This document shows, one piece after another, positions 39,415-51,215 of a stretch of DNA of 64,000 nt. This DNA is from an uncultured Verrucomicrobiae bacterium (GTDB lineage: Bacteria > Verrucomicrobiota > Verrucomicrobiia > Chthoniobacterales > UBA10450). Below the pieces are notes generated by a model, which was not told where the DNA came from, did no database searches, and saw only the letters and a list, made by a program, of their open reading frames with translations. The DNA is taken from positions 544,001 to 608,000 of the forward strand of contig CAWDGJ010000002.1 of the NCBI GenBank assembly GCA_963801815.1, given 5' to 3'. Both the position numbers and the translations under genes were made by a program. Position 1 is the first letter of the stretch. The number at the start of each line of letters is the position of its first letter.

Positions 39415-40569
39415 ATGAACTTGATTGCGATCAAAATGCTGCTGGGCGACCGGGCGAAGTACATCGGCATCATCATTGGCCTGACTCTTGCGTCGTTCCT
39501 CGTGACCTGGCCGTCGGCGCTCTTCACCGGCGTGATGCAACGGTCGTTCAGTTTTCTGACCGATGTTGGTTTGCCTGACATCTGGGTAGTCGATCCACAG
39601 GCCCAATACGTCGAAGATGTTAAGCCGCTTCGAGACACCGAAGTGTTGCGGGTGCGCGGGACAGAAGGGGTCCAATGGGCGGTCGGTTTGTACAAGGGCG
39701 CTCTGCGGGCGCGAATGGATGATGGCACGTTTCAAAACTGCACCGTCATCGGACTCGACGATTCGACGTTAATCGGCGGCCCGCCGAAAATGATCGCCGG
39801 CCAATTAGCGGACTTGCGCGAGGCAGACTCCATCATTGTCGATGAAGCCGGCGCTCGCGGAAAATTGGCTAAAAAACAACCCAATGGCCGACGTATTCCA
39901 CTGAAACTCGGTGATACGCTCGAACTGAACGATCACCGCTGCGTCGTCGTCGGAATTTGCCAAATCACGCAGACTTTCCAAAACATTCCGGTTCTTTACA
40001 CGACCTACTCGCGGGCCACGACAATTGCTCCGCAGGAACGGAAGCTACTCTCATTTGTTATCGCCAAGGCGAAGCCAGGCATCGACATCGGCGCGGTTTG
40101 CGCGCGCATCAACGCGCTCGGGCTGAAGGCATATACCCCTGCGGAATTCAAAAAGCTGACCTTCTGGTACTTTCTTAAATACACGGGCATGCCAATCAAC
40201 TTTCTGACCGTGGTGACGCTCGGGTTCATCGTTGGTGTGGCTATTTCCGGCATGACGTTTTACAATTTTACACTCGATAACTTGCGCTACTTCGGGACGC
40301 TCAAGGCGATGGGCGCAACCAATCGCAAATTGTTGCGGATGATTTCGCTTCAGGCAGCAATGGTCGGTGCGATTGGCTATGGTCTCGGGATCGGGGCGGC
40401 ATCCGCCTGGGGCGGTTTTCTCAGCGGTCGGACTCAGATCGCCTTCAAATTGCCATGGCAACTGCTTCTGGTCAGTGCCGTCGCCGTTCTTGTCATCTGC
40501 GTGGGCGCGGCCGCCGTGAGCATCCGCAAGGTAATGAAACTTGAACCGGGTATTGTTTTTCGAAGCTGA
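39415..40569 (+). CDS. ABC exporter permease (FtsX/DevC/MacB family)
   Basis: One N-terminal TM, periplasmic domain, three C-terminal TMs, FGTLKAMGA. Confidence 0.85.
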   Translation: MNLIAIKMLLGDRAKYIGIIIGLTLASFLVTWPSALFTGVMQRSFSFLTDVGLPDIWVVDPQAQYVEDVKPLRDTEVLRVRGTEGVQWAVGLYKGALRARMDDGTFQNCTVIGLDDSTLIGGPPKMIAGQLADLREADSIIVDEAGARGKLAKKQPNGRRIPLKLGDTLELNDHRCVVVGICQITQTFQNIPVLYTTYSRATTIAPQERKLLSFVIAKAKPGIDIGAVCARINALGLKAYTPAEFKKLTFWYFLKYTGMPINFLTVVTLGFIVGVAISGMTFYNFTLDNLRYFGTLKAMGATNRKLLRMISLQAAMVGAIGYGLGIGAASAWGGFLSGRTQIAFKLPWQLLLVSAVAVLVICVGAAAVSIRKVMKLEPGIVFRS

Positions 40570-40578
40570 GGTGGACTT

Positions 40579-41325
40579 ATGGTTGTCGATCTTGCGCCTC
40601 AAAAAGTTGCGACCCGGATGTCGGTACGCTGCACGAACCTGACCAAGACTTACGGCACAGGCGGCACTGCTGTTCGTGCTCTCCGAGGAATCAATCTCGA
40701 AGTTCGCGCGGGTGAACTGATGATGTTGGTTGGGCCGTCCGGCTGCGGAAAGACAACGCTTATTTCTGTGATCGCCGGCGTTCTCAGCCGGGACGGCGGC
40801 GACTGTTGGGTCCTAAATCGCGATTACACGAGGATGCCGGCTGACGCGATCACGCAGTTTCGCGCGCAAAACATCGGCTTCGTTTTTCAAGCGTGGAATC
40901 TAATTCCTGCGCTGACCGCGGCGGAGAACGTGGCCGTTCCTCTCATCATCAATGGTATAAGCAATCGGGCCGCGATCGAACGCGCTTCGCAAATGTTGCG
41001 CAAAGTCGATTTTGACGACCGGATGATGCAGTCATTTCCGCAGGACCTTTCCGGCGGGCAGCAGCAGCGGATCGCGATCGCGCGGTCGCTCGTCCACAAT
41101 CCGAAGCTGATTGTTTGCGACGAACCGACCAGCGCCCTGGATAGCGAGACCGGCCGCAAGGTCATGGAGCTGATGCGCGAGCTGGCCGTCGGAGACGAAC
41201 GCGCGTTAATCGTCGTCACTCACGATTCGCGCATCTTCGATTTGGCAGATCGCATTGCGGAGATGGACGACGGCGTGATTACGCGGGTGCTCGACTCACC
41301 GGAACAGATGCAAATGGGGAAATAA
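40579..41325 (+). CDS. ABC transporter ATP-binding protein (LolD/DevA-like)
   Basis: GPSGCGKT, LSGGQQQR, CDEPT, VTHD. Confidence 0.92.
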   Translation: MVVDLAPQKVATRMSVRCTNLTKTYGTGGTAVRALRGINLEVRAGELMMLVGPSGCGKTTLISVIAGVLSRDGGDCWVLNRDYTRMPADAITQFRAQNIGFVFQAWNLIPALTAAENVAVPLIINGISNRAAIERASQMLRKVDFDDRMMQSFPQDLSGGQQQRIAIARSLVHNPKLIVCDEPTSALDSETGRKVMELMRELAVGDERALIVVTHDSRIFDLADRIAEMDDGVITRVLDSPEQMQMGK

Positions 41326-41329
41326 AACT

Positions 41330-42259
41330 ATGATTCGAAAATACATTCTACCTGCGGTCGCAATGATCGGCATTCTACTGGCCATACTGGTCGCGTCGCG
41401 TGCGAACAAGACATTGCCGCCGGCCGCGCCAGTGGCCGGTGCTCCACAACCTCCTTACCGCGCATTCGTTGCCGGTGCTGGTATCATCGAAGCTAATACT
41501 GAAAACATCGCCATAGGCACACAGATTGCCGGGATCGTGTCGAAGATTTATGTCCAAATCGGCAGTCAGGTGAAAGCGGGCGACGCTTTGTTCACCATCG
41601 ACGATCGCGCGCAACGAGCGTCGATCGCTACCGACACGGCGGACGCGAATGCTGCCCGTGCCCAAATGGAACTGGCGAAATACGAACTGAAGGTCGGCGA
41701 CCAATTAATCGGCAAAAAAGTTATCAGCCAGGAAGATCTCGAAACCCGACTCCGCGTTGCGGATACTGCAGAGGCGCGATACTTACAAGCGCAGGCCAAT
41801 TTGGAAGCGGCTAAGACTGATCTTGAACGTCTGACCGTGCGTGCACCGATCGATGGTCAGATCATGCAACTGAAAGTTCACCCTGGCGAATTCGCGCCAA
41901 CCGGTGTTTTGGCGCAGCCGCTCATTTTGCTCGGCAACGTCGAGCCGATGAACGTGCGGGTGAACGTGGACGAGAACGACGCCTGGCGGGTGCGCCCAAA
42001 CGCGGAAGCGATCGGATATCTTCGCGGAAACAATCAAATCAGGGCGCCGCTGCGCTTTGTTCGATTCGAGCCGTACGTGGTACCGAAAATGTCGTTGACC
42101 GGCGACACGACAGAGCGCGTAGATACTCGAGTGTTACAGGTCGTTTTCAGTTTCGATCGCGGCAATTTGCCGATTTACGTCGGCCAACAAATGGACATCT
42201 ATATCGATGCATCGCTTGAACAAAACCGCGAAACTTCCGCTTCCTCGCAAATGCACTGA
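41330..42259 (+). CDS. HlyD/DevB-like membrane-fusion protein
   Basis: [25 protein letters not shown]. Confidence 0.85.
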   Translation: MIRKYILPAVAMIGILLAILVASRANKTLPPAAPVAGAPQPPYRAFVAGAGIIEANTENIAIGTQIAGIVSKIYVQIGSQVKAGDALFTIDDRAQRASIATDTADANAARAQMELAKYELKVGDQLIGKKVISQEDLETRLRVADTAEARYLQAQANLEAAKTDLERLTVRAPIDGQIMQLKVHPGEFAPTGVLAQPLILLGNVEPMNVRVNVDENDAWRVRPNAEAIGYLRGNNQIRAPLRFVRFEPYVVPKMSLTGDTTERVDTRVLQVVFSFDRGNLPIYVGQQMDIYIDASLEQNRETSASSQMH

Positions 42260-44972
42260 CCGGCCGGCCGATCGGCTATCTCGGGGGGCATCGAACTTGT
42301 TAGGCCGGCGACGGCCCGCGCTCGACGCAATGCTTGCTCCGAAATCAATCGCTATTGTCGGCGCCAGCGAAAAGCCAGACAGCGTCGGACGCGCGCTAAC
42401 GGAAAACCTTCAGTCGTTCAACGGCCGCGTTTTTCCGGTTAATTCAAATCACGCAACGATTTTGGGACAGAAAGCCTATTCGAAAATCAGCGACCTTCGG
42501 GATGATGTCGATCTTGCCGTGATTGCGACGCCCGCGGCCACCGTTCCAGCGATTGTGGAGGAATGTGCAATGCATGGAGTGAAAGGCGCCATCGTCGTTT
42601 CTGCCGGGTTCAAGGAGTGCGGCTCGGCCGGCGCGGAATTGGAGAAACAAATTATGCAGCGGCGCGGGCAAATGCGAATCATCGGGCCGAATTGCGTAGG
42701 CGTGATGCTGCCGCACATCGGGTTGAACGCAACTTTTGCAAAGCCGATGGCGCTTCCCGGAAACATTGGCTTCATCAGTCAAAGCGGCGCACTTTGCACA
42801 TCGATTCTCGATTGGAGCATGTCGATCCAACTCGGATTCAGCGCGTTCATTTCAGTGGGCTCAATGGCGGACGTGAACTGGGGAGATTTGATTTATCATC
42901 TCGGCGACGATCCGCATACGCGCAGCATTTTGCTTTACATGGAATCGATCGGCGACGCGCGATCATTTCTTTCCGCGGCGCGTGAAGTCGCGCTTACCAA
43001 GCCGATCATCGTCATCAAAGTTGGTCGTACCGCCGCGGCAGCGAAGGCGGCCGCCTCGCATACCGGCGCTTTGACCGGAAGCGACGACGTTCTGGACGCG
43101 GCCTTTCGCCGGGTCGGTGTTTTGCGAGTTGATTCGATCGAAGAATTATTCGGACTCGCCGAGTTGCTTGGTAAACAGCCGCGACCGGCCGGTCCGCGTT
43201 TAGCGATTGTGACGAATGGTGGCGGCCCCGGCGTGCTCGCAACCGACGCCCTGATTGAATGCGGAGGAAAACTTGCCGAACTCTCTTCGGAAAGCTTCGA
43301 CAGGTTAAGCAAACTGCTGCCGCCGCACTGGAGTCGTGGCAATCCGGTCGACATTCTCGGCGACGCGGATCCTGAACGTTACGAAAAGGCGATCGATATT
43401 GTTGCACACGACGAAAACAACGACGGGGTGCTTGCTATTCTCGCGCCACAAGCCATGACGCAGACGAGTGGAACCGCGGAGAGGCTACGCGTATTCGCGA
43501 AACTCAGGGGCAAACCGATTTTGGCCAGCTGGATTGGAGGAGGTGGCGTTCGGCCAGGCGTCGAAATCCTCGACCGCGCAGGAATTCCAACCTTCGAATA
43601 TCCCGACGCGGCCGCACGCGCGTTTTGCGCAATGTGGCGTTACTCGCAGAATTTAGACGCTCTTTACGAAACGCCGTCTCTCGCAGCCACTACAAAAATT
43701 GAGAAAGACAAAGTCGCACGAATCATCGAGCGCGCGCGCAAATCGGATCGAACGCTACTCGACGAAGTAGACTCGAAACAAATCCTCGCAGCTTATGGAA
43801 TTTCGGTCGTCGAAACGAAGATTGCCAGGAGCGAGAAACACGCTGTCAATCTAGCGGCGGAAATCGGAGGCGCAGTCGTACTGAAGGTATTTTCAGAAAC
43901 AATCACGCACAAAAGCGATGTCGGCGGGGTGAAGCTCAACCTGCGCGGCGCGAGCGAGATTCGGCGGGCCTATCGCACAATCTCGAGCTCAGTTCTCAGA
44001 GCGGCAGGCGATAAAGCATTCCTTGGAGTCACGGTCGAACCGATGGTCGAGAATCCCGGTCTCGAGCTGATTCTCGGCAGCAGCACCGATCCGCAATTCG
44101 GACCCGTTCTCCTGTTCGGCGCCGGCGGGCATTTCGTCGAAATTTTTAAAGACCGCGCGCTCGGTCTTCCCCCGTTAAATCGTACACTCGCACGTCGCTT
44201 GATGGAACGAACTCAAATTTATCGGGCGTTGAAGGATTTTCGCGGGCGCAAATCGGTCAATCTCGCCACTCTCGAAGAATTGCTCGTCCGGTTTAGCCAG
44301 CTGATCAGCGAGCAACACCGGATCAAAGAAATTGATATCAATCCGCTCGCCGTTTCAGCGGACGAAATCGTCGCCCTGGACGCTCGAGTCGTGTTGCACG
44401 ATCCAAAGATCAAGGATGCCGACCTGCCACGGTCGACAATCCGGCCTTACCCAATCGAGCACATCGTTAGGCGGAAAATCAAGGGCGCGAACGTGACGAT
44501 TCGGCCGATTCGTCCAGAAGATGAACCGCTGATGGTCGAATTTCATAAAACACTATCCGATCGCAGCGTTCATCTGCGATATTTTGGGACCCTTAGTCTT
44601 CGAGATCGCATCACTCACGAACGACTGCGGCGTGTTTGCTTTATCGATTACGATCGCGAGATCGCACTGGTCACAGATCTGAAAAACCGCGATGGCAGTC
44701 ATCAGATTCTGGGTGTCGGCCGCCTGGTGAAGGCGCACGCCGCGAACGAAGCGGAGTTCTCGGTTTTGATTGGCGACCGGTGGCAAGGGAAAGGATTAGG
44801 CACCGAACTTTTGCGATTACTTGTTCGGATTGGGCGCAAGGAAGGTCTGCAGCGAATTATTGGCCACATCATGCCCGAAAACATCATGATGAAAGCCGTT
44901 AGTGAAGAAATCGGCTTCCGCTTGCGTCTGTGCGAAAACGGAGACGAATGGCTGGCTGAGATCGACCTTTAA
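42207..44972 (+). CDS. Acyl-CoA synthetase (NDP-forming) alpha+beta fused to GNAT (Pat/YfiQ family); start uncertain
   Basis: [32 protein letters not shown]-terminal GNAT WQGKGLG. Confidence 0.9.
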   Translation: MHRLNKTAKLPLPRKCTDRPADRLSRGASNLLGRRRPALDAMLAPKSIAIVGASEKPDSVGRALTENLQSFNGRVFPVNSNHATILGQKAYSKISDLRDDVDLAVIATPAATVPAIVEECAMHGVKGAIVVSAGFKECGSAGAELEKQIMQRRGQMRIIGPNCVGVMLPHIGLNATFAKPMALPGNIGFISQSGALCTSILDWSMSIQLGFSAFISVGSMADVNWGDLIYHLGDDPHTRSILLYMESIGDARSFLSAAREVALTKPIIVIKVGRTAAAAKAAASHTGALTGSDDVLDAAFRRVGVLRVDSIEELFGLAELLGKQPRPAGPRLAIVTNGGGPGVLATDALIECGGKLAELSSESFDRLSKLLPPHWSRGNPVDILGDADPERYEKAIDIVAHDENNDGVLAILAPQAMTQTSGTAERLRVFAKLRGKPILASWIGGGGVRPGVEILDRAGIPTFEYPDAAARAFCAMWRYSQNLDALYETPSLAATTKIEKDKVARIIERARKSDRTLLDEVDSKQILAAYGISVVETKIARSEKHAVNLAAEIGGAVVLKVFSETITHKSDVGGVKLNLRGASEIRRAYRTISSSVLRAAGDKAFLGVTVEPMVENPGLELILGSSTDPQFGPVLLFGAGGHFVEIFKDRALGLPPLNRTLARRLMERTQIYRALKDFRGRKSVNLATLEELLVRFSQLISEQHRIKEIDINPLAVSADEIVALDARVVLHDPKIKDADLPRSTIRPYPIEHIVRRKIKGANVTIRPIRPEDEPLMVEFHKTLSDRSVHLRYFGTLSLRDRITHERLRRVCFIDYDREIALVTDLKNRDGSHQILGVGRLVKAHAANEAEFSVLIGDRWQGKGLGTELLRLLVRIGRKEGLQRIIGHIMPENIMMKAVSEEIGFRLRLCENGDEWLAEIDL

Positions 44973-44987
44973 CCGCCGCCGGCAATG

Positions 44988-45894
44988 TCAAAGCGTGTGA
45001 GCCGGGCGAACGTCGACAACCCCCCAAAGCATGGATCGATCGTGCTTTGCATAACTTTCCTGCCTGGAAGATTGAGGTTCACCAAAACTGCGCAGCACGA
45101 CCGGCGCTCCGGGCGCAGCAGCATTTCTTACCGCGTCGAGTAGGCGACGCTTATAATCATTGTTCGTTCCATCGACAATGTTGGATAAAGAAAATCCGCT
45201 GAAACTTCCTGAAGGCTGAGCTTCGAGAAACGCGATTGCATCTGCACAGGCGAGCTTGATTTGTTTGCTCTGCACAGCCGGCTGCTCGAAATCCTTTTCA
45301 CCCAGAAGTAATAACCAAGCTGTACGGATTTTGCCGATTGGAATGAGTGGCAAAGCAGCGCTCCATTCGAGCGCGCAGGATTGTCCCGAAATTTTGGGGC
45401 AGGCAATTGAGAAACGTCCTTGAGTAAATCGAACGCAGAGAAAATCGCGAAAGAAGAAAATCAAACGCGATACGAAAGCGTCCGGTATTCAAATATTTTC
45501 GCCAATAGGAAATCTGCTCTTTCGGATCATCTAAATTCAGGAAGGCTCGCAACCGCGATTTGCTCCAGCCGGCCAAGGGCGCCAACACGCGACCAAAACC
45601 AAGGATGCGATCCGCACTGCCCAGCTCAACCGGTCCGCCGGCAAGTCGCCGTCGCACATAAGCAACCTGAATCGGATTGAGATCGACCGCGATGACATCG
45701 TGGTAAGCGGAAAGCTGCATGGCGGTGCAACCCGCCGAGGCGATACAGAAGATTCGCCCGACCGTTGGAAACGCGGCCAGCTCAATCGTGGCATCTTCGT
45801 ACATGTGTCCAAATAAAAGTTTGGAAGGACCGGGGCGCGGATTGAAGCGACCGCTCTGCCAGGCCGTTTTCGGAATAGTCGATTTCAGCTCCAT
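44988..45894 (-). CDS. DUF3419/BtaA-like SAM-dependent transferase, split by a +1 frameshift near 45321
   Basis: MYED..CIASAGC..VDLNPIQ; second frame FSLSNI..RSF..DRS; one-base removal gives 301 aa. Confidence 0.65.
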
Positions 45895-46274
45895 GCTGGA
45901 AAGCTGGCGGAAACCCAGACCAGAACGAGGAACGCGAAATTTTTCACGACCATTCCGGCCGGGTCGTGAATGAGATGACGGGCCCAGAGAAGACCACAGG
46001 TATTGAGAGCAACCAGCAGCGCGGTTTGAAATAGCGCACAAAGAAACGGCGCGGCGCCGCTCAATACCCAGACGCCGACCAGGACTTCAACAATTCCGAG
46101 TAACTGAAGTAATCGCAGGCCTAACCGGGGGCCGTATTGCGGTACGGCCTCGATGACCCGGATTTGATTGGGTTCCCCATTTAAGAGCTTGCACCACAAA
46201 CCTTCATAAAACCACACGGCCGCAACCGCGACATGGACGATCCATAACGGCAGGAGAAGATGTGACGGAGTCAT
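45885..46274 (-). CDS. DoxX-like membrane protein
   Basis: VWFYEGLWCKL..GIVEV..DPAGMVVKN. Confidence 0.7.
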   Translation of the reverse strand: MTPSHLLLPLWIVHVAVAAVWFYEGLWCKLLNGEPNQIRVIEAVPQYGPRLGLRLLQLLGIVEVLVGVWVLSGAAPFLCALFQTALLVALNTCGLLWARHLIHDPAGMVVKNFAFLVLVWVSASFPAWS

Positions 46275-46288
46275 TCGTCGCTGCCCGG

Positions 46289-46837
46289 TCAGTGAGGTCG
46301 AATATTGTTCCGCATCGCGTTGAGGATGTGCCGGTGAAAAGAGTGACAGACGGCTCCTTCGAACCAGCGAAATAGCCATCTCGGTTTATTCGGACTTTCA
46401 TAACGCGTGGAAAGCGCAACTCGTGTTCGATCGTGTGACAATCGATGAAGGACGTAATCACCTCCGAGCACCCTGATTCCGCCGCGCAACGCAAGATTCT
46501 GTTCGACTACATCGAAGGAATAACTGTGCCCATGATTTACGTGCGTCACACGCTTAAGGAGATGTCCGGTCCGGTAATGACATTTGACCTCGCCGCCAAT
46601 TTCCGATTTGGGACCTTCACTTCCGATTGGCATCGGAAGGAGGCTCCGCAGGAAAAACGGCGCAGATTTTGCGACCTCCTCATAAAACATCAACGCCTGC
46701 CACACTGCCTCAGACGACGCGAAAAAATCCTGGCAGGTAACGACTGAGGCTGAGTGCAACCTCGCGCCGTTGCTCCCGATTCGTATTGCAGGACTGATCT
46801 CCGCGCCGTTTCTCGAGCAGCACGAATTCTGTTCCAC
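46289..46837 (-). CDS. SRPBCC/polyketide-cyclase-like hypothetical protein (start uncertain)
   Basis: EAVWQAL..TRVALSTRY..FHRHIL helix-grip-like pattern. Confidence 0.5.
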   Translation of the reverse strand: MEQNSCCSRNGAEISPAIRIGSNGARLHSASVVTCQDFFASSEAVWQALMFYEEVAKSAPFFLRSLLPMPIGSEGPKSEIGGEVKCHYRTGHLLKRVTHVNHGHSYSFDVVEQNLALRGGIRVLGGDYVLHRLSHDRTRVALSTRYESPNKPRWLFRWFEGAVCHSFHRHILNAMRNNIRPH

Positions 46838-46903
46838 CGTGAGGCAAGGATGAAGTTCCTGGCTCCGGGAGTCCACTGCTAAAGATATCCATTCCCTCTG
46901 AGC

Positions 46904-46928
46904 GCAAGAAACGCCTCTCTTTTGCCAA
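46904..46928 (+). promoter_or_regulatory. 21-bp direct-repeat box (transketolase-like gene)
   Basis: GCAA gaaacgcctctcttttg CCAA-N9-GG. Confidence 0.65.
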
Positions 46929-46997
46929 TACCTGCGTGGCCGGTTCACATCGGAAGTCGTTTGGTAGGACAAACGCAAGCTTCCCGAAAGGACCTCA

Positions 46998-49415
46998 ATG
47001 AACACAACCGCCGCTGAAAAAACCTTACGAAGATCCCCCCGCACGCGCCGACGCCCGAAAATCTCTTTTGGTCCACGCCGCGGGACGTTCCTCAATATCG
47101 CGACTCACATTCGGACGCACGGCAAACCGCTGGATCAGACAACCGTCGAGAATTGCAACACCTTCGATCTTTTCTACCGCACGCTCTGTGCGGTGATGTA
47201 CAACTATGTTCCGCTGTCCGGGCACCCGGGTGGATCGATTTCGTCAGGCCGCATCGTGTCGCGGTTGCTCTTCGACGCAATGGACTACGACTTGTCGCAA
47301 CCGAACCGCAGAGACGCCGACATCATCTCCTACGCCGCGGGCCACAAAGCGCTCGGGCTTTATGCGATGTGGGCGCTGCGCAACGAAATCGCACGCATCG
47401 CGGCAGCCGATCTTCTACCGGCCGATAAGAGAGAACAACTGCGGTTGGAAGATTTGCTCGGGTTCCGGCGGAACCCGGTTTCGCGGACTCCAATGATTAC
47501 CAACTTCAACGCAAAAACGCTCGACGGACATCCGACCCCGGCCACCCCATTCGTCCGGCTTTCCACCGGCGCGTCAGGTGTTGGCATTCCTTCGTCGTTT
47601 GGGCTGGCTTGGGCGGCGGCAGACGTTTACGGAGAGGACGCACCGCGCGTACATATTATAGAGGGCGAAGGCGGGCTGACCCCGGGACGGGTGGCAGAAG
47701 CGCTCGCTGCAGCGGGAACGGCGTCGCTCGATAACATCATTCTCCACGTCGACTGGAACCAGGCGTCGATCGATTCGAATCGTGTCTGCCGTGAGCTGGA
47801 AACTCCGGGCGATTATGTGCAATGGACACCGGCCGAGCTTGCCTACTTGCACGATTGGAACGTGATCTACGTACCGGACGGTTTCGATTGGCAACAAATT
47901 ACCGCCGCGCAGCGTCTCGCGCTCGATCTTCACACCGGCCAGCCAACGGCAATCATTTATCGCACGGTCAAAGGCTGGCAATACGGAATCGCCGGCAAAG
48001 CGTCACACGGCGCGGGTCACGGCCTTTGCTCGCAGGAATTTTTCACAGCGCTCGCGCCATTGCTGCCAAAAGAGTCCAAACAGTTGCCATGCTGCAATGG
48101 CGCGACCCAGCGCTGTCGCGCCGGGGCGGATACGCCGGTCATCGAGCACTGTTATTGGGAAACACTTCGAATCATTCGCCACGAATTGGAAGCACGCTGG
48201 CCGATTGTGGATTCTCTCGCGGCGCAACTGCGCGCGGCCCAGACCCGGCTCAACACCCGGCGTCGAAAGCCATCTATCAGTGCGCCGCAGGTGAGAATCG
48301 CGTACGAAATTGCGCGTGAGACGAATGGCGCGGTCCCATCTCACCTGGTTTTGAAACCCGATACAAAGGCGACGTTGCGGGACGAACTCGGACGCGTCCT
48401 GAATCATTACAATCGCAAAACGGGCGGCGCGTTTGTGGTTGCCGCTGCGGATTTGCTCGGATCGACCAGCATCAACAAAGCAACGGAAGGTTTCCCGAGC
48501 GGTTACTACAATTACCAGACGAATCCTCGGTCCCGACAACTCGCGATCGGCGGAATTTGCGAGGACGCCATTATGTCGATGCTTTCCGGGATCTCTGCGT
48601 TCGGCGAACACATCGGCGCCGGTTCGTCTTATGGTGCATTCAGCGCACCGCTCGGCCATATTGCTGCGCGCTTACACGCCATCGGACAACAAGCGCGCGT
48701 AGCCACACACAATGGCGAGTTCCATCCGTTCTTCCTGGTTTGCGCCCACGCCGGATTGAAAACCGGCGAAGACGGCCCGACTCACGCCGATCCCCAATCC
48801 CTGCAATTATTGCAGGACAATTTTCCGCTTGGAACAATGATCACGCTGACGCCGTGGGATCCACAGGAGCTCTGGTTCCTGGTTTCAGCCGCGCTTGCGA
48901 AACGGCCTGCCGTCATCGCACCGTTTGTAACGCGGCCGCCGGAAATCGTGGTTGACCGCGTGGCGCTTGGTTTGCCGTCAGCGGCCTTGTCGGCCCAAGG
49001 CGTTTACTGTTTGCACAAAGGCAGCGAACATTCGCGAGGCACGGTTGTGCTGCAGGGAACCGGCGTCACGAACACGTTTGTGCAACAGGTATTGCCGTTG
49101 ATCAAACGCGACAAGGTCGACATCAATGCTTATGTCGTCACATCGTCGGAGTTGTTCGACATGCAACCGGAGGCGGAGCGCGAACAAATCTTCCCGGCGG
49201 CGCATCAACATCAATCGATGGCGATCACCGACTTCACGTTCGCGACAATGATGCGTTGGGTTCGGTCAGATTACGGCCGGGCGCATTCGCTGCATCCGTT
49301 TCGCCACGGTCACTTTCTCGGAAGCGGAACCGGCGCAATGGTGATGGCAGAAGCGGGGTTGGACAGCGTGGGCCAGCTCAACGCGATTCGTGCGTTTGTT
49401 AAAGCCGGGCACTAA
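46998..49415 (+). CDS. Transketolase-like ThDP enzyme (divergent, 805 aa)
   Basis: SGHPGG, AGH, GHP, GEGG..DWN ThDP motif, GICE, GEDGPTH. Confidence 0.8.
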   Translation: MNTTAAEKTLRRSPRTRRRPKISFGPRRGTFLNIATHIRTHGKPLDQTTVENCNTFDLFYRTLCAVMYNYVPLSGHPGGSISSGRIVSRLLFDAMDYDLSQPNRRDADIISYAAGHKALGLYAMWALRNEIARIAAADLLPADKREQLRLEDLLGFRRNPVSRTPMITNFNAKTLDGHPTPATPFVRLSTGASGVGIPSSFGLAWAAADVYGEDAPRVHIIEGEGGLTPGRVAEALAAAGTASLDNIILHVDWNQASIDSNRVCRELETPGDYVQWTPAELAYLHDWNVIYVPDGFDWQQITAAQRLALDLHTGQPTAIIYRTVKGWQYGIAGKASHGAGHGLCSQEFFTALAPLLPKESKQLPCCNGATQRCRAGADTPVIEHCYWETLRIIRHELEARWPIVDSLAAQLRAAQTRLNTRRRKPSISAPQVRIAYEIARETNGAVPSHLVLKPDTKATLRDELGRVLNHYNRKTGGAFVVAAADLLGSTSINKATEGFPSGYYNYQTNPRSRQLAIGGICEDAIMSMLSGISAFGEHIGAGSSYGAFSAPLGHIAARLHAIGQQARVATHNGEFHPFFLVCAHAGLKTGEDGPTHADPQSLQLLQDNFPLGTMITLTPWDPQELWFLVSAALAKRPAVIAPFVTRPPEIVVDRVALGLPSAALSAQGVYCLHKGSEHSRGTVVLQGTGVTNTFVQQVLPLIKRDKVDINAYVVTSSELFDMQPEAEREQIFPAAHQHQSMAITDFTFATMMRWVRSDYGRAHSLHPFRHGHFLGSGTGAMVMAEAGLDSVGQLNAIRAFVKAGH

Positions 49416-49430
49416 AGCTGACCACAAGCT

Positions 49431-51176
49431 TCAGCGTTCCGTGGACGAATTGTTCGTTCCGCGAATTTTGCGGACTTCGTTTGCCGCCTGAGTCAGCTGT
49501 TTGCTGACATCGTCCCGTGGAATTTTTAGTTCAATGACAAAAACGCGGTCGGATTTTCGCGCGCGGACAAGCGCGGAATCGAACTCTCCGTTGGTTGAGG
49601 CAATGATGCTGTTTCCACCGCCAACCAGATCGCAAATCTTGTCGTAGTTCCAACGAGTGATGGTATTGAAGCAACCGCTGCGGATCTGGCGAAGTGTGCC
49701 GTACCCGTCGTTGTTCAATACGATGATGATCGGATTCAATCCAAGCCGGACTGCGGTGGAGATTTCGACGCCGGTCATTTGGAATGCCCCATCGCCTACC
49801 AAAACGTAGGGACGCAGTTTCTTCGCCGCGAGCGCCACGCCGACTCCCGCAGGAACGGCAAAGCCCATCGACATGTAGTAAGCAGGAGCGATGAACTGCG
49901 GCTGTCGGGCGGCGCGGATGCCGACCGCCCCGAAAATGGCGTCGCCGATGTCGGCGATGACGCAGCAACGCTCATCCAAATGAAGCGATAAAATCCGAAA
50001 AACATTGGCCATTGAAAGCAGGTGTGGTCGTTCGCTTTTTTTCAACGGCGTTGGCAGTCCATCGACATTCAAACGCTTGAATCGCTTCGGCGTCACCCGT
50101 GCGGTCGCGAGCGCCTCGAGAAATTCCCGGAACTGGATCGAATCATATCGATGATATTGAACATTCACCCGTTCGGTCGTCGCCAGCACGGTGCGACTGC
50201 GATCCAACTTCGCGGTATTGAATCCCATGCTCATGTCGGTGATGAAGGTGCCGAGCATCAGGACGAGATCTGCGGATTCGACGTAGTCGCGGACAAAATC
50301 GTCGCTGCTCATCACTCCGCCGTAAACACCGATGTAAAGGCGATGATTTTCGGGGACAGCGCTCTTGCTCAAAAGATCCGCAGCGATCGGAATGTTCATC
50401 CGTTCGGCCATGCGCAAAACGAGTCCGGCCACGCGATATCGCGCTAGCTCGACTCCGGCGAGAATGACCGGTTTCTTAGCGCGCCGAATCAACTCAAGCG
50501 TTTCATCCAACGCCGCGCGCAGCGTGTGCGGATCGGATTTCATCGGTTCCGCGGGGGAAATTCCAATGATCGGAATTTCGCGGTCCACCACGTCGTGCGG
50601 AACCTCGATGTAAACCGGCCGCTTGTGTCGCAAGCACGCTTCGACGCAACGCACGATTTCGGACGCGGCGCGTTGTTCGTCGAGCAATACCGTGCTTGCG
50701 ACGGTAACTTCGTCGTAAACACGCCGCTGCGTCTCGAAGGTTTTCACCTTGTGATGCAGCAGCGGATCTTTCTCACGGTCCTTTCGCCCGGGCGCGCCAC
50801 TCACCACCACGATCGGGGATTTCTCCGCGTAGGCGCCGGCGATCGCGTTCAAAACATTGAGACCGCCGACACAATAGGTGACGCACACCAGTCCGATGCC
50901 GTTGATGCGCGAATAAGCATCGGCTGCGAATCCGGCTGAAGGTTCGTGCGTCATGGTGACGCTTTGAATTTTTGATTTCTCGAGCCAGGTAAATGTCGGC
51001 AGCGCGAAATCGCCCGGAACACCGAAACTGTGGCGAACACCGCGACGATAAAGATACTCGAAAAGAAATTGGCCGAGCGGCATCGTTGCCGGAAACGAAT
51101 CGGCCAAAAGCGCGGGAGAGGCTTTTGGAAATCGCGGGCGCGAAAGATAGTCGGTCACGGCGAAATCATTTTTCAT
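49431..51176 (-). CDS. ThDP-dependent alpha-keto-acid decarboxylase (IpdC/PDC family)
   Basis: FGVPGDF, HEPSAGFAADAY, LLHH, GDGAFQMT..NNDGYG. Confidence 0.9.
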   Translation of the reverse strand: MKNDFAVTDYLSRPRFPKASPALLADSFPATMPLGQFLFEYLYRRGVRHSFGVPGDFALPTFTWLEKSKIQSVTMTHEPSAGFAADAYSRINGIGLVCVTYCVGGLNVLNAIAGAYAEKSPIVVVSGAPGRKDREKDPLLHHKVKTFETQRRVYDEVTVASTVLLDEQRAASEIVRCVEACLRHKRPVYIEVPHDVVDREIPIIGISPAEPMKSDPHTLRAALDETLELIRRAKKPVILAGVELARYRVAGLVLRMAERMNIPIAADLLSKSAVPENHRLYIGVYGGVMSSDDFVRDYVESADLVLMLGTFITDMSMGFNTAKLDRSRTVLATTERVNVQYHRYDSIQFREFLEALATARVTPKRFKRLNVDGLPTPLKKSERPHLLSMANVFRILSLHLDERCCVIADIGDAIFGAVGIRAARQPQFIAPAYYMSMGFAVPAGVGVALAAKKLRPYVLVGDGAFQMTGVEISTAVRLGLNPIIIVLNNDGYGTLRQIRSGCFNTITRWNYDKICDLVGGGNSIIASTNGEFDSALVRARKSDRVFVIELKIPRDDVSKQLTQAANEVRKIRGTNNSSTER

Positions 51177-51215
51177 ATGAATGTGCCTGGCGCGACGTTT
51201 TTCGTGACTTCCGGC

